Virus record (IMG/VR): IMGVR_UViG_3300032300_000079
Location: 1 to 31,114 of that record
Source of the DNA: a virus
Taxonomy: Duplodnaviria; Caudoviricetes
Length of the DNA stretch: 31,114 nucleotides
Strand: one strand, 5' to 3'
Of the stretch, positions 1 to 7,967 are shown piece by piece. Within the stretch, counting starts at the first letter, position 1, and every line of letters begins with the position of its first letter. The notes below the pieces were generated by a model. The model saw only the letters and a list, made by a program, of their open reading frames with translations. It had not been told where the DNA came from and did no database searches. Made by a program: the position numbers and the translations under genes.

Positions 1-239
1 ATCTGTTCTCCCCGCTGTACCGGGCCGTCATCAAACAAGTCGTTGATGTCAAGACCGATCGACCCAAGGACTTCGTCAATTGAACAGCCACCGAAGCAGT
101 GCATCAGCACCCGCCCGTCCGACTTAAACCGGATCGCCAGCGAGGGTGACTTGTCGTCATGGGACGGACACCTCGCCGTCCACGATTCTCCCCGTCCCCG
201 CACTTGGGAAAGTCTGCTCAGGATGTCCTTGGGGTTCAT
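1..239 (-). CDS. Primase-type zinc-finger (CHC2-like) protein, truncated at window edge
   Basis: Manual translation, not in the ORF track: MNPKDILSRLSQVRGRGESWTARCPSHDDKSPSLAIRFKSDGRVLMHCFGGCSIDEVL... It has the CPxHxDxxPSL...HCFxGC zinc-binding pattern, and a GGAGG RBS lies just upstream of the ATG at 239. Confidence 0.85.
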   Translation of the reverse strand, partial: MNPKDILSRLSQVRGRGESWTARCPSHDDKSPSLAIRFKSDGRVLMHCFGGCSIDEVLGSIGLDINDLFDDGPVQRGEQ

Positions 240-336
240 ATGCCCTCCACGGGGTCTAGATCGACGCAGGAGACGCGAACGGGCGTGGGTTGATACCTGA
301 GTAGCCCCCCGTTAAAAAAACACGTTTTAGAGGCTC

Positions 337-1065
337 TCATAGGACTTTTCTTCCGAAGGGTAAGGCGGTGGTTGCGACCTCGTCATCAAGCCACCGTTTT
401 TGGTTGAGGTAGGTCTGGGGCGCAGGCTCAAATCCCGTTAGCCACTGCGCGGTCCCCTTGAGCCGTGAGACGTGAGACACGATCCGATCAACGTGCTCGT
501 CCATCCCGTTCTTGACCCAAGTCTTGAAGCAGGCTGCCTTGCCTACCTTGCGGGGTGACGTTGGCCAAGTTGACCAGAAGCGGTCGAAGCCCCCGGAAGG
601 GGGTAAGGGGGATATATTCTTATTCTTATTCTGGAAGCCTTCAAGGTTCGCAACACTACTTTCTGACGAACCTTCAAGGTTTCCATCATGGTCCCTTGTT
701 GGTTCATTTAAGGTTCGCGGTGATCTCCTTTTGACGCCTTGTGCGGCACGTTCTGCCGCTTTCTCTGCGGCTGCCTTCGTGCCCTTCAAGTTGCGCTCGA
801 TGATGGTTTGATATGCCAACACCTCTTCTTCGACCCTACGGTTTCGGTAACCGGACTCGGTCTTCTCGAAAAATTCACTGAGAACCTGCTCAACAATGTC
901 CTGATCAATCCGTACCCTGCGAGCAACAAGGTTCGTGTCTAACGGGATCGGCTTCTCCGTGAGGTACGCCATGTCAAGTAGCCTGCGGTAGGCAAGATCC
1001 TCGGCGTCCGATAGATGGATGGTCTTGATCTGGTACTCGGCCGCGGCAAACTTGTACCACTTCAC
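337..1065 (-). CDS. Phage replication initiator, YdaU/DUF1376-like
   Basis: N-terminal WYKF...T.HLS..E..AYRRLLD..Y..E.P.P pattern of DUF1376/YdaU. C-terminal FDRFW..WP...RKVGK...P.TYLNQ.RW domain typical of phage initiators. Overlaps the stop of the cro-like gene. Confidence 0.8.
   Translation of the reverse strand: MKWYKFAAAEYQIKTIHLSDAEDLAYRRLLDMAYLTEKPIPLDTNLVARRVRIDQDIVEQVLSEFFEKTESGYRNRRVEEEVLAYQTIIERNLKGTKAAAEKAAERAAQGVKRRSPRTLNEPTRDHDGNLEGSSESSVANLEGFQNKNKNISPLPPSGGFDRFWSTWPTSPRKVGKAACFKTWVKNGMDEHVDRIVSHVSRLKGTAQWLTGFEPAPQTYLNQKRWLDDEVATTALPFGRKVL
612..718. promoter_or_regulatory. Candidate replication origin: iteron-like repeats plus AT-rich tract inside the initiator gene
   Basis: CCTTCAAGGTT at 638 and 671 and CATTTAAGGTT at 705 (33-34 bp spacing). 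Palindrome AACCTT-C-AAGGTT at 669-681. Adjacent (TATTCT)x3 AT-rich tract at about 612-632. Confidence 0.55.
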
Positions 1066-1265
1066 AGCGCGTCCCCAAAAAGGTCCGGCCGCAGGTGCTT
1101 GCGGTGGATGCCTGTGCGCCTCTCAATGTCAATCGCTAACGTCGCCGACGGAACCTCACGGCCCGTAATCAGCAGACTCAACCACGTCTTCGTGATCCCA
1201 AGCTCCCGCGCTAAGGCAGTCTTCGCCCCGCGGTGCTTGTCAGAAAAGTACTGTTCAAGTGTCAT
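1062..1265 (-). CDS. Cro/YdaS-like HTH transcriptional regulator
   Basis: 67 aa with ALARELGITKTWLS helix-turn-helix and C-terminal LRPDLF, typical of YdaS/Cro-like proteins. RBS TAAGGAGG upstream. Confidence 0.85.
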   Translation of the reverse strand: MTLEQYFSDKHRGAKTALARELGITKTWLSLLITGREVPSATLAIDIERRTGIHRKHLRPDLFGDAL

Positions 1266-1286
1266 CGCCCCTCCTTATGAAACTTC

Positions 1287-1314
1287 ATCTTACACGAATT
1301 TTCACCGCGAACAA
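1287..1314 (-). promoter_or_regulatory. Putative leftward sigma70 promoter for the cro-initiator unit
   Basis: Minus strand TTGTTC-16 bp-TAAGAT upstream of the cro RBS. Confidence 0.4.
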
Positions 1315-1318
1315 GTTC

Positions 1319-1347
1319 TTGTAACTTTTTCTTGATGGTGCTAGAGT
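1319..1347 (+). promoter_or_regulatory. Putative rightward sigma70 promoter with extended -10
   Basis: TTGTAA(1319-1324)-17 bp-TAGAGT(1342-1347) with TG at 1339-1340, followed by AGGAGG RBS and ATG at 1370. Confidence 0.55.
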
Positions 1348-1369
1348 GCGTTCACTCTTAGGAGGTTCC

Positions 1370-1591
1370 ATGATTGATCCGTTTGAAGCCTTGATGGCCT
1401 ATCACCGGGCCGAAAATGGGAAAGCCTCCGTGGAGGATTGGAGCCTGCTCGCCAAATCCGGCGTCAGGAGAACAGTGATCTTAGAAACCGTTGGAGTTAC
1501 ATATGAGTTTAATTGCGACAGCAGGAAGCGAATCGACCTTCAAGCCAGTGCCCGAAGGAACCCACCTCGCCCGTTGTTACCGGATCGTTGA
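1370..1591 (+). CDS. Hypothetical early protein (73 aa)
   Basis: Strong RBS TTAGGAGG before ATG 1370, right after the promoter. The 3' end overlaps the next gene by 89 bp, so the C-terminus is uncertain. Confidence 0.5.
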   Translation: MIDPFEALMAYHRAENGKASVEDWSLLAKSGVRRTVILETVGVTYEFNCDSRKRIDLQASARRNPPRPLLPDR

Positions 1592-2138
1592 TCTCGGCAC
1601 ACAAGAGTCCACCTACCTTGGGCAAGTCAAAAACCAGCGCAAGGTGATGATTCAGTTTGAGGTTCACGGCGACGATGAGAACGGGTTTGCCCTGATCACT
1701 CGTGCCGGTGAGCCGATGAGCATCAGCAAGAACTACACCCTATCTATCGGAGAGAAGTCGCGCCTGCGTCAGGACTTAGCGTCATGGCGTGGCAAAGCAT
1801 TCACGCCAGAGGAACTTAAGGGTTTTGAACTCAAGAATCTCTTAGGAGTTTGGGGAATGATCAGTGTGATTAAGACGCCCGGAGCGGACGGCAAAGAGTA
1901 TTCAAACATCAATGCCATCACCCCGGTGCCTGCGGTAGTCAAGAAGAACGGACTCCCCTCTTACTTCAACGAAGCAAAGATCTTCTCAATCGACAACCCA
2001 GATATGGAGTTGTTTGCGACGTTCTCTGACTACCTACGGGCCAAGATCGAAGGGTCACCGGAGTGGCGCGGCCGTAACAAGTCTGTTGCCTACACCGGCG
2101 GTGGCGTAGAAGACCTCGACGAAGATCTTCCCTTCTGA
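1503..2138 (+). CDS. Putative phage single-stranded DNA-binding protein
   Basis: GGAG RBS before ATG 1503. FKPVPEGTHLARCYRIVDLGTQ N-terminus and an acidic C-terminal tail ending DLDEDLPF, the SSB-type interaction tail. Sits next to nucleases. Confidence 0.65.
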   Translation: MSLIATAGSESTFKPVPEGTHLARCYRIVDLGTQESTYLGQVKNQRKVMIQFEVHGDDENGFALITRAGEPMSISKNYTLSIGEKSRLRQDLASWRGKAFTPEELKGFELKNLLGVWGMISVIKTPGADGKEYSNINAITPVPAVVKKNGLPSYFNEAKIFSIDNPDMELFATFSDYLRAKIEGSPEWRGRNKSVAYTGGGVEDLDEDLPF

Positions 2139-2572
2139 TGCGACCTCTGTACGAGAGTTCTAAGGATCTCTCTAACGAACTTCGCGTCTCTAACATCCTC
2201 AAAGATTGCTGGAACGCGGAGTTTGTGAAGCTACCAATGGCCTACCACGTTGACTGGGCTGTTGTGAGAGGAGAAATCAAAGCCTTCGCAGAGTTCAAGC
2301 GCCGTCACAACCCTAAGGATCGTTACCCTACGTTCATGATTTCATTGAACAAATGGATGAACGGAAGGAACATGGGCAAAGAACTTGGGGTGCCATTCCT
2401 GATCATCGTGGAGTGGGATGACGGCCTCTATTACTGCGACACGGAAGCAATCGGGCCTACTTACGGTTTTGGAGGAAGGTCAGACAGAGGAGACTCGCAA
2501 GATCAGGAGCCGGTTGTTTTCATCAACACAAAAGCGTTTTATAAAGTGAGAAAAAATGCCAGAGAATATTAG
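2138..2572 (+). CDS. Small PD-(D/E)xK-fold nuclease (possibly resolvase-like)
   Basis: VDWAV...AFAEFKRR fits the D...ExK motif. Coupled to the upstream gene by TGATG. Confidence 0.55.
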   Translation: MRPLYESSKDLSNELRVSNILKDCWNAEFVKLPMAYHVDWAVVRGEIKAFAEFKRRHNPKDRYPTFMISLNKWMNGRNMGKELGVPFLIIVEWDDGLYYCDTEAIGPTYGFGGRSDRGDSQDQEPVVFINTKAFYKVRKNAREY

Positions 2573-2696
2573 AGATTGGGCCGTACTATCGGCATTTGTT
2601 ATTACTGTCGCCGCCGCGTTAGCCGGTGAACGAGAAATCATGGCGGTTAGTTGCGTGGCAACAATAATCTTAGTCATCACAGGGAAAGGAAAATGA
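2556..2696 (+). CDS. Small hydrophobic membrane protein (46 aa)
   Basis: Manual translation MPENIRDWAVLSAFVITVAAALAGEREIMAVSCVATIILVITGKGK, with two hydrophobic stretches. Fills the gap and has an ATGA overlap with the next gene. Confidence 0.6.
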   Translation: MPENIRDWAVLSAFVITVAAALAGEREIMAVSCVATIILVITGKGK

Positions 2697-3439
2697 TCGT
2701 TTCCGAGAAAAAAACAAGTGAGCACTGGTACACAAGAGAAGGTGAGCCGATGTACACCGTTGTAGGAAAGACCGGAGTACGGCCTACAACGCTTCGTGAC
2801 GCAAGAACGAAGGACCTAGTACCCTCGGTCACTACCATTCTTAACGTAGCCGCAAAACCCGCTCTAATCGCGTGGATGCAGAAGCAGGTACTCATGAGTG
2901 CCCTGACTATGCAACGGATCGGTGACGAGCCTGACGCGGCCTACATGGACCGTATTCTCGTTGACTCACGGGAGCTTGCCAAAGCCGCCGCGGACGCAGG
3001 TACGGACATCCACAACTCAATCGAGGCGTTCTACTCCGGCAATAAGCCATCGCGCCACTTCGAGCACGTTAAAGCAGTCTCTGACGCCCTGCAGGAGGAG
3101 TTCGGAGATCAGGAGTGGGTAGCCGAGAAGTCCTTTGGCCACGAGCTTGGCTTTGGCGGCAAGTGTGATCTCCATTCTTTGGAGGTCGTCGTTGACGTTA
3201 AGACAAAGGAGTTCGGGCCATCAGATGACGTTGACGGCTATGACGAGCACCTGATGCAGCTTGCCGCCTACCGGGTAGGTCTGGGAGTACCCGAAGCAAA
3301 GTGCGCGAACATCTTTGTATCTCGCACCCACCCCGGCCTGACGGTCATCAAGAACTGGACCGAGGACGAGCTAGTCCGCGGCTGGGAACAGTTCAAGTGC
3401 CTGCTCCGTTTTTGGCAACTCAAACACAACTACAAATGA
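2693..3439 (+). CDS. PD-(D/E)xK exonuclease (phage recombination/replication nuclease)
   Basis: PSVTTIL, GTDIH, E...GGKCDL, VVDVKT and QLAAY motifs typical of RecB-like phage exonucleases. ATG at 2693 with AAGGA RBS. Confidence 0.85.
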   Translation: MIVSEKKTSEHWYTREGEPMYTVVGKTGVRPTTLRDARTKDLVPSVTTILNVAAKPALIAWMQKQVLMSALTMQRIGDEPDAAYMDRILVDSRELAKAAADAGTDIHNSIEAFYSGNKPSRHFEHVKAVSDALQEEFGDQEWVAEKSFGHELGFGGKCDLHSLEVVVDVKTKEFGPSDDVDGYDEHLMQLAAYRVGLGVPEAKCANIFVSRTHPGLTVIKNWTEDELVRGWEQFKCLLRFWQLKHNYK

Positions 3440-3648
3440 AACCAATATCTGCATTCCAAACCTCTGACGGTGAGATTTTTCCCGATCAGGAAAGCGCTAG
3501 TCGTCATGAGTTCTTCCTTGACAACAAGGATTTAGTTGAAGACTTCCTAACGTCAGACGAGAACCCGTACAAAGGATCCGCACACCGCAGCATCGTGCAA
3601 GGAAGCATCCTGCGATGGGAACTATGGAGAGCCAAGAATGTTAAGTAA
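3436..3648 (+). CDS. Hypothetical protein (70 aa)
   Basis: ATGA coupling to the exonuclease. Begins MKPISAFQTSDGEIF. Confidence 0.7.
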   Translation: MKPISAFQTSDGEIFPDQESASRHEFFLDNKDLVEDFLTSDENPYKGSAHRSIVQGSILRWELWRAKNVK

Positions 3649-3871
3649 ATCCTACCTAACCGACTCCACAATCAAGCAACTCTACTTCTATTGCGACAAG
3701 TCTCGTAACCCGAACGGGGTATACGGGTACGTTGACGTGTTGGAATTCGCCCGGATCGTTGAGCAGTTTGTCCTTGCTCAGAGCGAAAAAAAGCCGGTAA
3801 TCATACCGGCTAAACCCGCTCCTGCGGGGTCTGGGGGAGGAGAGATCCCCAAACTCTTTCAGTCGAAGTAG
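3638..3871 (+). CDS. Hypothetical protein (77 aa)
   Basis: GGAG RBS, overlaps the previous gene. Last gene of the rightward unit, convergent with the late region. Confidence 0.65.
   Translation: MLSKSYLTDSTIKQLYFYCDKSRNPNGVYGYVDVLEFARIVEQFVLAQSEKKPVIIPAKPAPAGSGGGEIPKLFQSK
3786..3811 (-). terminator. Intrinsic terminator of the minus-strand late region
   Basis: Minus strand reads AGCCGGTA-TGAT-TACCGGC-TTTTTTT, a perfect 8-bp stem plus U-tract about 50 bp after the stop of the last late gene. Confidence 0.8.
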
Positions 3872-5139
3872 CCCTGATCCTTCAGATACTCCAAACCAGC
3901 AGCGCCAAGCCCGAGCCCGGAACCGATCGCAATGGTTGCCGGGTGAGGGATCAACGACAGAGCGCCACCAGCAACACCAGCGCCCTTCAACGCCATCTTT
4001 AGGTAGTCACGCTGCGCGGCTTCCTTGCGCAACTCGTGCTCGATCTCGGCCAGATCTAACCCAGCACCGGCAGCAGCCACCGGGGGTGCAACCCGGCGCA
4101 TAACCCTCCCAGCACCCTCTACAATTGGCGTGTTCATAAGGCGACGATAAAGATCGGCGACTTGATCCAACGGACCCGGCTTTGGCGGCACATAAGCACG
4201 AGCGGGGGCCGCAGGTTGCATCGTAGGTTGAACCACGTCAGCCATCGGCGCAGGACCCATATTAGGCGCTGGCAATGCCGCTGGAGCAGGTAATGCACCC
4301 TGCGGGTTTTGAACAAAACGCTCACGAGCGTTGCGAGTGTTGACCATCAAACCACTAGGGAGTTCACGGTACTCCGGGGCAAACTCCCTCAGCGTATTTA
4401 AAGCCTCGCGTCGCTTGGTCGTCAGGTCATGAACGCCACCTTCCTGCTTGGTCATATCCAGCGCACGATTGCGTTCAATTTCCCCAAGGCCAAAACGCTG
4501 ACCGTAGTTTGCAACACCGGTTCCGCCAGCAGGAGTCATTGCCGGGCCACGCGGAGCAACAGCACTTCCGGGCGCAGGCACTGGTCCCGGTGCAGCAGGG
4601 GGACGGCTAACCATACTGCCGCTCGGTGCAGCCATAACAACATCAGGAGCCGCTCCTGCGGCTTGCGCAGCAGCCCGAGCCTGTGCGGCCAACCTCGCCT
4701 CTTCCTGCATACCCGCAACACGCGCAGAGCGGTTTGCAAGGGCGTTTGAGGCTATTCCTGCGGTAGATGCCACCGTGCCTGTTGCCGCACCAGCGCCACC
4801 CATTAGCAAACGAGATGCAGGATCAGCGCCTGATTTATCCATAGCAGGTGATGCAGGTGCTGGCGGTGCGGGAACCTCTACAAACTCACCTTCTTCCGGA
4901 GTTTGCGTAACCAACGGGCCTTGAGTTAGTTCCGGAACGCCGCCAGCGTTTGAAATTTCAGTGCGCAATCGATTGAGAACCATCGCCTTCCGATCGCTAT
5001 CTGGAAGTTGGGACGCCTCTTGGTACTTCTGCTGGAACCTGAGTAAGCGGTACTCAGCAACCTTGTCTTGAAACTCAGGGCTGTCTTTCTTAGATTGGTT
5101 GGCAAGGAGCCACGCACCTAACTCTTCAATTTTATCCAT
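3859..5139 (-). CDS. Putative internal virion/ejection protein
   Basis: Ala/Pro/Gly-rich, glycine-zipper-like hydrophobic C-terminus (GAGVAGGALS...GLGLGAAG). Last gene of the late region. TGATG coupling. Confidence 0.55.
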   Translation of the reverse strand: MDKIEELGAWLLANQSKKDSPEFQDKVAEYRLLRFQQKYQEASQLPDSDRKAMVLNRLRTEISNAGGVPELTQGPLVTQTPEEGEFVEVPAPPAPASPAMDKSGADPASRLLMGGAGAATGTVASTAGIASNALANRSARVAGMQEEARLAAQARAAAQAAGAAPDVVMAAPSGSMVSRPPAAPGPVPAPGSAVAPRGPAMTPAGGTGVANYGQRFGLGEIERNRALDMTKQEGGVHDLTTKRREALNTLREFAPEYRELPSGLMVNTRNARERFVQNPQGALPAPAALPAPNMGPAPMADVVQPTMQPAAPARAYVPPKPGPLDQVADLYRRLMNTPIVEGAGRVMRRVAPPVAAAGAGLDLAEIEHELRKEAAQRDYLKMALKGAGVAGGALSLIPHPATIAIGSGLGLGAAGLEYLKDQGYFD

Positions 5140-6971
5140 CACCGGATCCCTGCTAAAGCGTCAGCACGAGAGACTGTAGAACTTTGCGGTGCCGCGGGTC
5201 TTGGTTGCAACTTTGTCTCGCCGCCAATCAATCGCGTCAGACGATCGTGGTAACCGTCAAGCATTTTGTAATATTGATCTGATGACATAAACGCAGCAGC
5301 GTCCTGCTTTGAGGTTTGAAATTGCTTGGCCAACTGCCGGTCAAACTGAGCACGAGCAGCCATAATATCCGCCTTCATGCGGATAGTCTCCGGAGTGTCT
5401 TGAGGGCCAATCCCGGCGTTGCCAAGTATGTTCTGCTCGTAGTTACTGACCGAACCTTTCATGTACTTGGCACGCTGCAACTGCAACTGCGTAGAGAGTT
5501 GTAAGAAGTTGCGGTACTGAGCCTGCTCTTTTGGCGTCATGTTTGCATTGCGCATGACATCCTCAATTGCCGGCATACCAATGCTGGTTGTGCCAACCCG
5601 AACAGCGTCCTTAACTAAAGTAGCAATACCTGAAGATACTTTATCGTTGTTTAGAATACCAAACATCTGCTTGGCGTTCGGAAGTTCTGCGTATTTCCTG
5701 AATTGGTTGGCAAACGCAATGGTGGCATCCGCTTCCTTGCGGTTTTCGTCAATTTCCTTCCGAGCATTTATTTCTTGCTCGGTGGCCTGCTTCTCTAAAG
5801 CGGCCGGACGGATCTCGCCTCTTTCCTGTTTGGCTTTCTGCTCGGCCTTCCTACGATCCTCTTCGAGGCGCAGTTCCATCTCACGCTTTGCCTCTGCGGT
5901 CTTTTCCTCTTCCAGAGTCTTGCGCCTTGGCGTTGCTGCGGGAGGAGGAACAGGAGCGGGAGGAACAGGAGAGGAAGGCATCGGAACAGGGTTCTTAATC
6001 CCTTCCAACGGCGGAAGTTGCTGCGCCTGTAGAGGAGGAGGAGTCTGTATAGCGCCGACCTGAGTGGGCGACGGTACGCCCGGTGCAGCGGTCGGTCCTG
6101 AAGGTACTCGCTGTCCTTCTTGCCTCGGCGGTTGGCTCGGCGCTTGACCCGGCGCAGGAGGGCGTGGAGGGCCGTTAACCGCAAGTTTGGCCAGATCCCA
6201 ATACGCCGGGCTGCCTGACTGCGCGGTAAAGTCCATGGCGTTCTTAAGACCCCTTGAGACTTTCAAGTTGCCGCCGGGGTAATCGCCAAACGCAGGGATA
6301 TACGCCTGAACATCCTCCTCACCAAACTTGGGAATCAGTTTGATGTTGCCCGTGTTGCGGTCAAGAATGTACCCGTCCTTCAACTCAATGTTGTCGCGCT
6401 GGGCTTTTTGAATGTCAAGTTTTGCGAGGAAAGGATTAGTGTTCCCAGCAGCCTTGTTCTTGGCAATGATTGCCTGAACGTCAACTGGGCTCGGCGGCGC
6501 AAACGGGATCTCCACATTGAACATGGAGGACGTTGGCTGCCCTTGCGGTTGATCAGACGGAGGTTGTCCTACAGGCGCACCAGCGGGAGGGGCTCCGGTT
6601 GGTGCAGGCTTGGCCCCTACGCCAAACTCTGCCTCAATGGACTTGTAACCCTCACCCGCACGTTTCTGCTGCTCAAGAGCGGCCTTCTGCTGGATGATTG
6701 CTAGGTTGCCTTGGGCGTTCTCAATCTCCTGCTTGCCCTGCGACTCCTGCGCAAGACGCAAACGATTGGCGGCGTTACCTAGCGATTCACCAAACGATCC
6801 GCTCCTTGTTGGCGCAAGGAAACCCTCAGCCATCGCCAGCATCTGAGGATCAAAAAACTGCCTGTTCCTTGCCTCATACGCTTTCGAGAGCCTTTCCAAA
6901 GCAGACTCTGCGCTCTGGATTGCCTCGGGATTGTCCCCGATATACCCCAATCCGCCTTTAGGTTCTGCCAT
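5139..6971 (-). CDS. Putative DNA ejection (internal virion) protein
   Basis: Helical, Gln/Pro-rich with a charged coiled coil. GFLAPTRSGSFGESLG N-terminal motif. Position matches the podovirus ejection cluster. ATG at 6971 preferred. Confidence 0.6.
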   Translation of the reverse strand: MAEPKGGLGYIGDNPEAIQSAESALERLSKAYEARNRQFFDPQMLAMAEGFLAPTRSGSFGESLGNAANRLRLAQESQGKQEIENAQGNLAIIQQKAALEQQKRAGEGYKSIEAEFGVGAKPAPTGAPPAGAPVGQPPSDQPQGQPTSSMFNVEIPFAPPSPVDVQAIIAKNKAAGNTNPFLAKLDIQKAQRDNIELKDGYILDRNTGNIKLIPKFGEEDVQAYIPAFGDYPGGNLKVSRGLKNAMDFTAQSGSPAYWDLAKLAVNGPPRPPAPGQAPSQPPRQEGQRVPSGPTAAPGVPSPTQVGAIQTPPPLQAQQLPPLEGIKNPVPMPSSPVPPAPVPPPAATPRRKTLEEEKTAEAKREMELRLEEDRRKAEQKAKQERGEIRPAALEKQATEQEINARKEIDENRKEADATIAFANQFRKYAELPNAKQMFGILNNDKVSSGIATLVKDAVRVGTTSIGMPAIEDVMRNANMTPKEQAQYRNFLQLSTQLQLQRAKYMKGSVSNYEQNILGNAGIGPQDTPETIRMKADIMAARAQFDRQLAKQFQTSKQDAAAFMSSDQYYKMLDGYHDRLTRLIGGETKLQPRPAAPQSSTVSRADALAGIR

Positions 6972-7002
6972 GATATAAACGCCTACCAATTAGTATGAAT
7001 TA

Positions 7003-7965
7003 TCAACCAAGGCCACCTAATTCGCCGCCTATTTGGCCGCTGCTACTTGAAAAAGACGGAAAATACTTTGAAAAATCAGTGTTGGTAAGACCTTGAAGTC
7101 CAGCCCCCAACCAGTTGTAAAGCTGATCACCACTTGATCCTTGTTTTGTTGCCCCCAACATTGATCCAATACCAAGAATCTGCGATAGGTCAGACGTGCC
7201 GTAAGAGCCAGCGTCAGGGCCAACGAACTTAACCGTCTGATCCGTTGGCAAGGTGTACCCACGCAGCAGGTCCGAAGCGTTCTTGGCGTTAAGCGCCGGC
7301 GCATCAAGAATGCTCTGCTGGTACTTCTGCAACTCTCCGCCGGCCTTCGTTAGAGCGCCAGCACCGGTGAGCCCAAGTGTCTGTTCCTGCTCCGCAAGTT
7401 TGCCTTGCGTCTGTGCCGCTTGGTTCTGTAGCTCAGACTGTGCCTTGGCGGCGTTTACAGCGTCTTTGTAGGCCGCGGAGAGTGCGCCGTACTGCTTACC
7501 CACCAAGTCCGATTGGAAGTCTGCTGCAGACTGCCCAAGGGCGTTTGCGTACCGTTGACCACCCAGACCTCCAGTCCCAACAAACTGGCCAGCAAGTCCC
7601 GGTAGCACATTGCGCTGAAAATTCTGATTGCCTAGCCGGGCCATCTCGTTAACCACTTGGTTCCGATACGGATCCATGTAGTTTTGGATGTTGCCGTAAT
7701 TAATTCCCAAAGCCGCCTGATCTGCCGTAGTTTGAGCATTAGTCAAACCCGGAACGTAAGACCCGGCGGCCGTCTCAATCTGGTTGTACCCTTTGGTCTG
7801 TAGCGGATCCAACCCAGCAACAGACGCGGCCCCGCTTCGGGCTATGTTGGTCGTTGCTGCAGTTCCTAATGCCTTGGCTGTATCGGTGTACCAAGACGGC
7901 GCGTTCTGGACCGTCGTCGTGGTCTTGGTAACGTCCGGTAACGGATCACCTTGGGTAAAGGCCAT
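7003..7965 (-). CDS. Putative DNA transfer/pilot (ejection) protein
   Basis: Gln/Ala/Gly-rich helical protein with YMDPY...VV and G.GG.R motifs, as in podovirus ejection proteins. AAGGAAG RBS. Confidence 0.65.
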   Translation of the reverse strand: MAFTQGDPLPDVTKTTTTVQNAPSWYTDTAKALGTAATTNIARSGAASVAGLDPLQTKGYNQIETAAGSYVPGLTNAQTTADQAALGINYGNIQNYMDPYRNQVVNEMARLGNQNFQRNVLPGLAGQFVGTGGLGGQRYANALGQSAADFQSDLVGKQYGALSAAYKDAVNAAKAQSELQNQAAQTQGKLAEQEQTLGLTGAGALTKAGGELQKYQQSILDAPALNAKNASDLLRGYTLPTDQTVKFVGPDAGSYGTSDLSQILGIGSMLGATKQGSSGDQLYNWLGAGLQGLTNTDFSKYFPSFSSSSGQIGGELGGLG

Positions 7966-7967
7966 GA

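Noticed and set aside
43-300. Plus-strand 85-aa ORF
   Set aside because: Antisense to the clearly recognisable primase Zn-finger ORF at 1..239.
278-320. Hairpin as an intrinsic terminator
   Set aside because: The U-tract precedes the hairpin on the transcribed minus strand, and the plus strand has an A-tract after it.
2693-3439. Exonuclease as a CRISPR-associated Cas4
   Set aside because: It lacks the clustered C-terminal cysteines of the Cas4 Fe-S site, and its context is phage replication.
6972-7002. AT-rich gap as an internal promoter
   Set aside because: No convincing -35/-10 pair with proper spacing.
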